Shown piece after piece: positions 1-7,479 of a stretch of DNA of 64,000 nt. The translations under genes and the position numbers were made by a program. The notes beneath the pieces are model-generated. The model was given only the letters and a program-made list of their open reading frames with translations. It searched no databases and was not told the origin of the DNA. Position 1 is the stretch's first letter, and every line of letters starts with the position of its first letter. The DNA is taken from assembly GCA_965200875.1 (NCBI GenBank), contig OZ241456.1, positions 128,001 through 192,000 of the forward strand, read 5' to 3'. Source of the stretch: Bdellovibrionales bacterium (GTDB lineage Bacteria; Bdellovibrionota; Bdellovibrionia; Bdellovibrionales; UBA1609).

Positions 1-203
1 AAATCTTTTTGCTTTTGTTTTAAAAACCCTGGCAATTTTTTTTTCAGCAAGTAAAACAAAGCCAGAGCAAACAAAGAAAAGTTAAACACCTGAAAAAATA
101 CAAAGCGCAGAGGGATATTTCCCGCGTCTCCTGCTCCTTCTGCTCCTGTCAGAGGCAATATAAACAACAAAATAAGTCCTAAAATCCGACAGTCCATTTT
201 CAT
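1..203 (-). CDS. atpF: F0F1 ATP synthase subunit b (N-terminal part; runs off window)
   Basis: Own translation from ATG 203: MKMDCRILGLILLFILPLTGAEGAGDAGNIPLRFVFFQVFNFSLFALALFYLLKKKLPGFLKQK; typical b-subunit FQxxNF TM helix; follows the b' gene. Confidence 0.85.
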   Translation of the reverse strand, partial: MKMDCRILGLILLFILPLTGAEGAGDAGNIPLRFVFFQVFNFSLFALALFYLLKKKLPGFLKQKQKD

Positions 204-211
204 TCTCTTCT

Positions 212-649
212 TCAATGGAGCAAACGGTTCAAAGCTGTCTCAGCTAGCGGATTTATTTCCGATTGCATAAGAATTTCTGCTTGTTCCATTTCTTGGAAAA
301 AGTCCGCTTTTTTTTGTTTATACTCTTCCTTAATTACTTTCTCACCTTTTAACCGGCTTTGAGAAAACTTTTCTTTTAATTTTTGACTTCCCTCATTGTA
401 GAGAATATTAAACTTTTCATTGAGACTTTGTGCCTTTGTTTCATATTCTCTCTCTAAGTCCTGCTTTTTTTTCTCCCACTTCTCTGCTTGTTTCAAACGC
501 TCTTTAGTTTCTTTTTCCCTTTGATTTTGAAGATGAAAGTACGGACGAAAAAGCCACCGGGAAAACACCGGATAAAAGAAAAGAAAAATTAGAAACTGTA
601 TCCATAAAGTACCATCTACACCTAAAGCCTCTGTTAAGGAAGAAAACAT
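212..649 (-). CDS. atpF: F0F1 ATP synthase subunit b'
   Basis: DGTLWIQFLIFL...LFRPY TM helix followed by charged coiled coil; lies after parB-bactofilin. Confidence 0.85.
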   Translation of the reverse strand: MFSSLTEALGVDGTLWIQFLIFLFFYPVFSRWLFRPYFHLQNQREKETKERLKQAEKWEKKKQDLEREYETKAQSLNEKFNILYNEGSQKLKEKFSQSRLKGEKVIKEEYKQKKADFFQEMEQAEILMQSEINPLAETALNRLLH

Positions 650-778
650 ATTTTACCTCTCGTTTGTTCCATATATTTATTTATTGGTCCGTGAAAAACC
701 TTTTTATATCAGGAGATTTACCATTTTCACACCCGACTTCTTAAAAATAAGCTTAACCGGAATAAAAAAAAGAATCAA

Positions 779-1129
779 TTAACATATTGGCTTTCTTTTT
801 AAGTCAGAGGCTTTAACTGAAGCTCCTTCAAAAAAAGCTCCTTCTTCAATATGTAGTTGAGGAGTGCTTAAAGCACCATAAAATTCAGAACCTTTTATCA
901 AACTGATTTTCCTTTGGGCAGACACTTCCCCTTTCATCCAACCCTTTAAGATCAACTCCCCTACAGAAATTTTAGCTGTGACATTCGCACCTGGTTCCAC
1001 GATTAAAACACCTTGACTGAAAACTTCCCCTTCAAACCGGCCACAAAGACGAGCTATCCCCTCAAAGCCCAGCCGGCCTTCAAAAAAAGCTCCACGAGTT
1101 AAAATAACATTGGTATTTGGATTTTTCAC
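779..1129 (-). CDS. Bactofilin (polymer-forming cytoskeletal protein)
   Basis: beta-helix pattern FEGRLGFEG...G.V.A...LHIEEGAFFEG; GTG start. Confidence 0.9.
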   Translation of the reverse strand: MKNPNTNVILTRGAFFEGRLGFEGIARLCGRFEGEVFSQGVLIVEPGANVTAKISVGELILKGWMKGEVSAQRKISLIKGSEFYGALSTPQLHIEEGAFFEGASVKASDLKRKPIC

Positions 1130-1217
1130 ACTACACCTTACCTTTAAAAAAAACCTCTAGAAAGTAAAAAAAAAGACAGAGACATTAAAACTCCAGTTTT
1201 GGCATTACAGGAAATTT

Positions 1218-2135
1218 TTATAATTCCGCTTTCAACAAAAGATCCATTATGTGTTTAAGCTCTTCTTCTGAAAAAAAACGCAGACAAAGCTCTCCACCTT
1301 TTTTCTTGAAACTCAATCGGCTTTTTACTCCATGAACATTTTGAATTTGATCTATGGCTTGAGTTTGCCAAGGTATTTGTTTCCTAATTCCACTCGCAGG
1401 CTTTTTCTTTTTCTGAGATAAAAGACTTTGAGCTTCTCTCACTCCTGTCTTGTGTTTGGCAAAATATCTGGCCCACTTTATTTTTGTTAAATGATCTTTT
1501 TCCTGTAATAAAATTTTTGCCAAAGCTAAAGAAAGTTTTTCTTTTAAAATTAAGTTTTGCACTTCTTTCGGTAAATTTAAAATCCTTAAGTAATTAGCCA
1601 GAGTAGGTCGTGCAATTCCCAGCTGATCCGCAAGCTGTTCCTGAGTAAGTTTTTGCTCTTGCAAAAGCTTTTTACACGCCAGAGCCAGCTCCAAAGGATT
1701 TAAATCCTCTCTTTGAAGGTTTTCCACTAAAGGCAAAAAAATATTATCTGAATCCAACACTCTGACAGGAATTTCCTTTAAACCTGCCTGCATGGTGGCT
1801 CTCCATCTTCTTTCTCCAGCCACAATTTGATATTTTGATCCGGAAAGTTTTTTGACAATAACCGGCTGAATCAAACCATTTTTCTTAATAGAATCAGCCA
1901 GATCTTTTAAAAATTCCTTATCAAAAACCCGACGAGGTTGATTGGGGTTGGCCTGTATTTGTTCAATACCCAAGCAAAAAACCTCTCTTTGAAACCTCCC
2001 ATTAGTGGAAGAAAAAGCAGAAGGAGAAGAAAAAAGACTATCCAAACCCCGACCTAAAACCGGTCTGCTCCCGGAAAGAGAAGAAGATTTGGCTTTTTTC
2101 AGTCCTTGATTTTCCCGCAAGTTTTTAAGGCGCAT
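1218..2135 (-). CDS. parB: Chromosome partitioning protein ParB
   Basis: LGRGLDSL, NPNQPR, IVAGERRWRA, ENLQREDLNPLE, HTH. Confidence 0.97.
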   Translation of the reverse strand: MRLKNLRENQGLKKAKSSSLSGSRPVLGRGLDSLFSSPSAFSSTNGRFQREVFCLGIEQIQANPNQPRRVFDKEFLKDLADSIKKNGLIQPVIVKKLSGSKYQIVAGERRWRATMQAGLKEIPVRVLDSDNIFLPLVENLQREDLNPLELALACKKLLQEQKLTQEQLADQLGIARPTLANYLRILNLPKEVQNLILKEKLSLALAKILLQEKDHLTKIKWARYFAKHKTGVREAQSLLSQKKKKPASGIRKQIPWQTQAIDQIQNVHGVKSRLSFKKKGGELCLRFFSEEELKHIMDLLLKAEL

Positions 2136-2937
2136 GAATTAGCCCTCCCTCTTTTACGCTTGTTGGAGAAGTAGCTTTTTCCTGGCCGAAGATCTGCCCT
2201 TGCAACTCCCCGGCCAGCTGTTCGTAGGCCATTGCTCCAGAACAATAGGGTTCATATTGAAAAATAGTTTTTCCAAAACCCGGTGCTTCACTCAATCGAA
2301 CATTACGGGGTATAACAGTTTTGAAAACCTGCTCTTTAAAGTGTCGACGCACCTCTTGCTCCACTTGATGACTTAAAGAATTACGAGTCGCAAAAAGAGT
2401 TAGTAAAATACCCTGAAGTTTTAAAATAGGATTCCATCTTTCCTTTACCTCTCTCGCCGTTTCCAGTAAACGACTTAAACCTTCTAAAGCGTAGTATTCA
2501 CACTGCAAAGGCACAATAAAAGCCGATGAAGCTGTTAAAGCATTTAATGTCAAAAGTCCGAGGGAGGGAGGGGTATCAATGAAAATAAATTCATAGTTCT
2601 TTATTTTGTGCAAAATGTTTTTCAGAAAAAACACTCTCTCAAATTCTCTGGCCAACTCCACCTCCGCACCCGCTAAATCCGCACCGGTTGGAATAATATC
2701 CAAACCAGAAACAGAAGTGGAATAAATAGTTTCCTTTAAAGAGCATTGACCCATCAATGCTTGATAAACACCCTTTTTCAAAGAAATGCCCAAGCCACTG
2801 GAAGCACTGCCCTGAGGATCAAAGTCCAAAAGTAGGATTTTTCTATTTTTCAGAGCCAAAGCAGAAGAAAGATTGAGGGCTGTCGTGGTTTTCCCGACAC
2901 CTCCTTTTTGATTAGCAACACTTATTATCCTATTCAT
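2125..2937 (-). CDS. parA: Chromosome partitioning ATPase ParA/Soj
   Basis: ANQKGGVGKTT deviant Walker A, DPQG, IPRNVRLSEAP. Confidence 0.97.
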   Translation of the reverse strand: MNRIISVANQKGGVGKTTTALNLSSALALKNRKILLLDFDPQGSASSGLGISLKKGVYQALMGQCSLKETIYSTSVSGLDIIPTGADLAGAEVELAREFERVFFLKNILHKIKNYEFIFIDTPPSLGLLTLNALTASSAFIVPLQCEYYALEGLSRLLETAREVKERWNPILKLQGILLTLFATRNSLSHQVEQEVRRHFKEQVFKTVIPRNVRLSEAPGFGKTIFQYEPYCSGAMAYEQLAGELQGQIFGQEKATSPTSVKEGGLIHAP

Positions 2938-3016
2938 TCCTATATCTCTTTTGCTTTGGATTTCACATTCTTTTCCACTTGCTCATTTTTTGTTTTTCTT
3001 TCAAAAAGCAAACTAT

Positions 3017-3096
3017 CTAGAAGCCCGTGAAAAACCCTTTCTTTCCCGTGAAAACGGGAATCCAAGGAAATAACACCCTTTATCAAGGACCACTAG
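3017..3096. repeat. Small CTAG-bounded element containing a REP/dRS3-like palindrome
   Basis: CTAG at 3017-3020 and 3093-3096; internal TTTCCC-GTGAAAAC-GGGAAT (3042-3061); AGGACCACTAG recurs at 5428-5438. Confidence 0.4.
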
Positions 3097-3210
3097 GTAT
3101 TTTCTCCAAACCAGTCTCCCACAAAATAGCTCAACTTGTCCAGACTAAAAGCGTGTTTTAATCAAGCATGAACACTTATTAAAAAAACACCACTTATGAT
3201 TTTTTCCAAA

Positions 3211-3226
3211 TGTTCCACGGGGAACA
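3211..3226. promoter_or_regulatory. parS site
   Basis: TGTTCCACGGGGAACA, 1 mismatch to palindromic TGTTCCACGTGGAACA, upstream of parA. Confidence 0.9.
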
Positions 3227-3269
3227 TTAAGGATATCCAAAATTTTTAGGTTCTGGAAATATTTGCCAT

Positions 3270-3530
3270 CTTATACTAGTAATTAATAATAAAATATTAG
3301 TAGTAGGGAGTAAAAAACTGTTGATAATTATTTATAAATATATGAAATAAATAAGATTTTATACTAAAAAAACTGTTGATAACTATGTTCATATATTCTG
3401 TTGATAACTCAATACCAAAGTGCATAAAAGTGGTTTTCAACACTTTATGAACAAAATATTTATTAATTATTTATAAATATATGAAATAAATAAGATTTTA
3501 TACTAAAAAACATTGTTGATAACTACTTTT
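3270..3530. other. Candidate replication origin (oriC)
   Basis: Four TGTTGATAA (=TTATCAACA) boxes at 3319, 3374, 3399, 3514; variants TTTTCAACA 3434 and TTATGAACA 3445; box + CTCCC + TAC-TAC-TAA trio array on bottom strand; very AT-rich. Confidence 0.7.
3325..3525 (+). repeat. About 60-bp direct repeat (3325-3385 and 3464-3525) within candidate oriC
   Basis: TAATTATTTATAAATATATGAAATAAATAAGATTTTATACTAAAAAA..TGTTGATAACTA present twice. Confidence 0.95.
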
Positions 3531-3678
3531 AAGAAGCAAAATACCAAGAAAAAAATTGAGATAAAAATAACTGTTGGTTTTATGGATTTTGCTTTTTTTT
3601 AAGTGGAGATAGCAAAAAATAGCTTTTATTTATAAGGTTTTTTCTTTTTAAGATTATTCATTTTCAGGACCGGGAGTG

Positions 3679-4146
3679 TTATTTTACTTTTTTTCTTAAC
3701 TCCAAAAAATAATCCCAGTTTTCCTTGTATTCTTCGAGCTTTGATAAAGATCTTGAGTTTCCAAAATTCTTTATATCTTCCACGGGAATTATGTAACAAT
3801 CTCCGTTATGACTATTTATTCCAAAAATAATATCACAATCTTTTTTTGTGTATATGTAAGCGCGACTTTTAGCCTTCCTGTCAATCTGTTTTCCTGATCT
3901 AACACCACCCTGAAAGTTTAAAATGCCTGTACTTGTTCCTTTTATTTGTATTCTTAAGAGCTTTGTCTTGGTATTTGATATATCTATAACAGCATCGTAC
4001 TTAGCATTTGTTATATCCACTTTAGAACAAGAAAATCCGGCTTTTATTATCCGGCCTATGGCAATGAACTCGTCTGAATTGCCGTTCATAGTCCTAAATA
4101 TACCTGGTTTTTTTTCGGTTATATTTACTTTCCAGTCCTTAGACAT
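3679..4146 (-). CDS. PD-(D/E)XK nuclease, probable type II restriction endonuclease
   Basis: E..A..., YDAVID, RIQIKG motifs; overlaps the 3' end of the C5 methyltransferase gene. Confidence 0.75.
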   Translation of the reverse strand: MSKDWKVNITEKKPGIFRTMNGNSDEFIAIGRIIKAGFSCSKVDITNAKYDAVIDISNTKTKLLRIQIKGTSTGILNFQGGVRSGKQIDRKAKSRAYIYTKKDCDIIFGINSHNGDCYIIPVEDIKNFGNSRSLSKLEEYKENWDYFLELRKKVK

Positions 4147-5060
4147 TTTGTCATTTCCTTGGCTATTCTTATAACAACAGGAACAGAAACACTATTGCCT
4201 ATCTGTTTATAGAGATGAGACTTTGCCATATCTGGTAAAATGAAGCTATCTGGGAAACCTTGAAATCTAGCACACTCCCTTGGTGTTAACTTTCTTATAC
4301 CATATTTATCTTTAATAAGTGGAACATTATGGCCACCTGTCCCCATATTAGCCGTCAATGTGGGACAAGTTTTTGATTTGTTTTCCCTCACATACATTCT
4401 GCGCCACTGATAGATTGTGTTTGGCTTTGTTATTTCCTTTTTAAGCTCTTTATGAATAGAAAACTTATGGTAATAAAAATTATCATCTTGTTTTTTCTTT
4501 ATTAAAATATCTTTGATCTTTTTTGTAAGTTTAAGAGGTTTTGGGAATTTAAAATCTGTATTATTTAAAAAGCCAATGATATAAATTCTTTCCCTTGTTT
4601 GTGGAGTATTGCCATATTCTTTTGTGTTCATGATTTTATAATGAACATTATATCCAATATTTCTTAAATCATCCAACATATTATTTAAAATATCTCCTTT
4701 GTTCAAAGAGGAAAGTCCTTTTACATTTTCCAATAGAAAGCTTTCTGGTTTTTTTTCTTTAAGGATTCTTTGTATTTCAAAAAATAAACTCCCGCGTTTG
4801 TCTTTTAATCCCTTTTTATAGCCAGCATAACTGAAAGGTTGGCATGGAAAACCGGCAAGTAATATATTATGATCGGGAATGTCTTTTGATAGAATATTAT
4901 GTATGTCCCCAAAAGGAATGTCCTTAAAGTTTTCTTTATAAGTTATCTGTGCCTGTTTATCTGTCTCACTTGAAAACACACACTTTCCACCGGCCTTTTC
5001 AAAAGCCAATCTTAACCCACCAATGCCGGCAAATAAATCAATAAACTTAAAAGATTCCAT
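4125..5060 (-). CDS. DNA (cytosine-5)-methyltransferase
   Basis: FAGIGG, GFPCQPFS, ENVKG, QxRERIY, YKQIGNSV. Confidence 0.97.
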   Translation of the reverse strand: MESFKFIDLFAGIGGLRLAFEKAGGKCVFSSETDKQAQITYKENFKDIPFGDIHNILSKDIPDHNILLAGFPCQPFSYAGYKKGLKDKRGSLFFEIQRILKEKKPESFLLENVKGLSSLNKGDILNNMLDDLRNIGYNVHYKIMNTKEYGNTPQTRERIYIIGFLNNTDFKFPKPLKLTKKIKDILIKKKQDDNFYYHKFSIHKELKKEITKPNTIYQWRRMYVRENKSKTCPTLTANMGTGGHNVPLIKDKYGIRKLTPRECARFQGFPDSFILPDMAKSHLYKQIGNSVSVPVVIRIAKEMTKCLRTGK

Positions 5061-5386
5061 AAAGCTTTCATTTATTTAAAAGTACTTTATTAAAAATTCA
5101 AATATTTCAGATTTCAAGTCGTTTTGCGTCATCATGTAGATGTTTAGTAATTCTCTGAAAGAATTTGGTTTATTGTAGAACCTTATATGTGGTTCACCAA
5201 ACCAGACTAGATCTTTGGCGGGCTTTATGACTCCACTATCAATTAGCTACTTTATAAATTATGCTTTTGTTCGCGCAAGCTATCAGTTTTGAAGTTCTTT
5301 GTTGTTCGTAAGTTAGATCACCAAGTGCTTCTGGAATATTTTTTAGGAGACTTTTAAGAGTCATGTTGAACAGGCTTTTTCACAAA

Positions 5387-5402
5387 TGTTCCCCGTGGAA
5401 CA
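5387..5402. promoter_or_regulatory. parS site
   Basis: TGTTCCCCGTGGAACA. Confidence 0.88.
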
Positions 5403-5618
5403 TTTGTATTTTAAACAGCCTTTTTCTAGGACCACTAGATGTTTTTAAATTAAAGTTCGGTATAGCCTAAAGACTTAGAAAAACAAAAAAAATCGGGATT
5501 ATCTTTCGGATCTTTATCGGTCCATAACAAGACCTCCTCCGAACCTAGGTATAAAAAAAGTGTTTTTCAATCTCCCAGTGGGTTTTTCCGAAAAGAGGAA
5601 TATAGTTTAAGGGTGATT

Positions 5619-6620
5619 ATGAAAAACTTTATACCAAAGTATTTTTTCCGGGGAGTCATTATTTTATTGATGACTTTTTTGTCAGCTTCATGCTGTAAAG
5701 AAAAACCCATTGATACAAAGCAAGACAAACAAACAAAGACAGATAAAGAATACAAAAGATTAAAAGATAAGGTTCACAATAAAGAAAACGAGTTGGAAGA
5801 AGCTGAGGATGAGTTGGATGAGGTCGAAGATGAGCTGGAAGAGGTCGAAGATGAGCTGGAAGAGATAGAGAAAAAACTAAAAAACAACCAAGATTTAACC
5901 ACTGCAGAACGCAAAAAGTTAGAAGAACAAAAAAGAACCTTGGAATCTCAAAAAAGTACTTTAGAGAACCGGATTACTTCTTTGACCGGGGATATAACAA
6001 GATTAAGAGGGGAGCGGGATAGAGCTTTGCAAGAGCGAGATGAAGCTAGGCGACAAAAAACAACTGCTGAGACAGAACGGGATTGCTGGAAAAAGACAAC
6101 AGGAAATTTTTGTCATAGGCACTCAAAAGTAGTGGCCAGAATTATAGCCAAGATACCTAAGACTGATTGCGCTGAAGTTAATTATTGCGACCTAGAAACA
6201 ATCACCAATCTTGATTTAAGTGGGAGTTATGATCCAGGTGATCACAAATGTTCTGATTATCAGTTTTCTGTACAACCAAGTGATTTTTTAGGACTTACCA
6301 AGCTTGAGACGCTGGATTTGTCTGGGAATTGTATAAATACTATGATGCCTTTTACGGCAAGCAGTGGCTTTTTTAGAGAATTAGACAGCATAAGACAAAT
6401 AAATTTACAGGACACTGATGTTTATAAACTTTCAAAAAATTTTTTCAATGGAATTTTAGATACTTTAGAAGACGGCAAAGTATTGGTCACGGATTTTACT
6501 TATTGCTCCAGTCCAGAATCACCCTATAAAAGTAAATTAGGTGAGCGTGAGGGGACAAATGAGAATTTTGTCGGGAATAGCAGACTCCCTGCTAACCGAC
6601 AAGCTGAATTTTGCTATTAA
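5619..6620 (+). CDS. Lipoprotein with acidic coiled coil and leucine-rich repeats
   Basis: Lipobox-like FLSASC; EDELEEV heptads (21-nt tandem at 5790-5870); Cys cap then LxxLDLSGN LRRs. Confidence 0.8.
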   Translation: MKNFIPKYFFRGVIILLMTFLSASCCKEKPIDTKQDKQTKTDKEYKRLKDKVHNKENELEEAEDELDEVEDELEEVEDELEEIEKKLKNNQDLTTAERKKLEEQKRTLESQKSTLENRITSLTGDITRLRGERDRALQERDEARRQKTTAETERDCWKKTTGNFCHRHSKVVARIIAKIPKTDCAEVNYCDLETITNLDLSGSYDPGDHKCSDYQFSVQPSDFLGLTKLETLDLSGNCINTMMPFTASSGFFRELDSIRQINLQDTDVYKLSKNFFNGILDTLEDGKVLVTDFTYCSSPESPYKSKLGEREGTNENFVGNSRLPANRQAEFCY

Positions 6621-6645
6621 AAAACCCTATTATCAAATACACTTT

Positions 6646-7257
6646 TTAAAGTTTTACAGTTTTAAGTAAGGTTTTTTTGCCTGATAAAAGAGGATGATTA
6701 TAACTTTTTACTTCCTGGATTTTCCAAAGCTTTTTAACTTCTTTATTTCCATTTTCCCATTTCTTTTTCCAGTCTGGAGTTTGTAAATGATAGTAAAAAG
6801 AATTTTTTTCAAAACGGGATTTGGTTAAAAAAAGCCTCTCATTAAGAGAAAGAAAAGCTTTAGAAACAGCGCATTTCAAAAAAGTTTTTTCCTGTTGGAT
6901 AGGAATATTTTTCACTTGGACATTTTTCAATTTCATTTTCCAGCAAGTATATTTTAAAAAATCTGCCTTTTTTTTATTAGGCTCAAAAAGCCAAAACATT
7001 CTCTTAGCATCTAATGTTGCCAAAACAAGCCCTGGGAAACCAGCCCCTGAACCAATATCAGAAATAAGTTCATGGTCTGAGTCCTTAAGCAGTATCTGCC
7101 CGGCTAAAACAGAATCTAAAATCAACTCTTGGCAAAAATCTTTTCCTTTTTTCCGGGAATATAAAGGTATCACTTTATTAAAAGAACAAAGTGCTTCCAC
7201 ATAAACTGAAAACTTTTTTATTTGTGAATCCCTTAAAAACTTATTCCAACTTTTCAT
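6646..7257 (-). CDS. rsmG: 16S rRNA m7G527 methyltransferase RsmG (GidB)
   Basis: DIGSGAGFPG, EPNKKK.FL; follows mnmG. Confidence 0.9.
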   Translation of the reverse strand: MKSWNKFLRDSQIKKFSVYVEALCSFNKVIPLYSRKKGKDFCQELILDSVLAGQILLKDSDHELISDIGSGAGFPGLVLATLDAKRMFWLFEPNKKKADFLKYTCWKMKLKNVQVKNIPIQQEKTFLKCAVSKAFLSLNERLFLTKSRFEKNSFYYHLQTPDWKKKWENGNKEVKKLWKIQEVKSYNHPLLSGKKTLLKTVKL

Positions 7258-7411
7258 TTTTTTTGATTTCTTCAGTAAGAGCTTATTTTTGCAAAAACTT
7301 CTTTAATAAAAGAATAAAAACAATGGCTACTGGCAATAAATCAAGTAAAAAATATATGTCACCACAATAAAAACAGGGAATAGTAGTATTTTAAACAGCT
7401 TTTTTCATAAA

Positions 7412-7427
7412 TGTTCCACGGGGAACA
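7412..7427. promoter_or_regulatory. parS site
   Basis: TGTTCCACGGGGAACA. Confidence 0.9.
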
Positions 7428-7455
7428 TTTGTATTTTGAACCGCATCTGGCAAAA

Positions 7456-7471
7456 TGTTCCTCGTGGAACA
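7456..7471. promoter_or_regulatory. parS site
   Basis: TGTTCCTCGTGGAACA. Confidence 0.88.
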
Positions 7472-7479
7472 TTAAATTT

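Noticed and set aside
3325..3525. Direct repeats as a CRISPR array or plasmid iterons
   Set aside because: Only two copies, no spacer periodicity, no cas or rep gene; better explained as origin structure
5061..5345. About 50-codon open stretch upstream of the MTase (possible controller gene remnant)
   Set aside because: No convincing start or HTH motif; cannot be assigned
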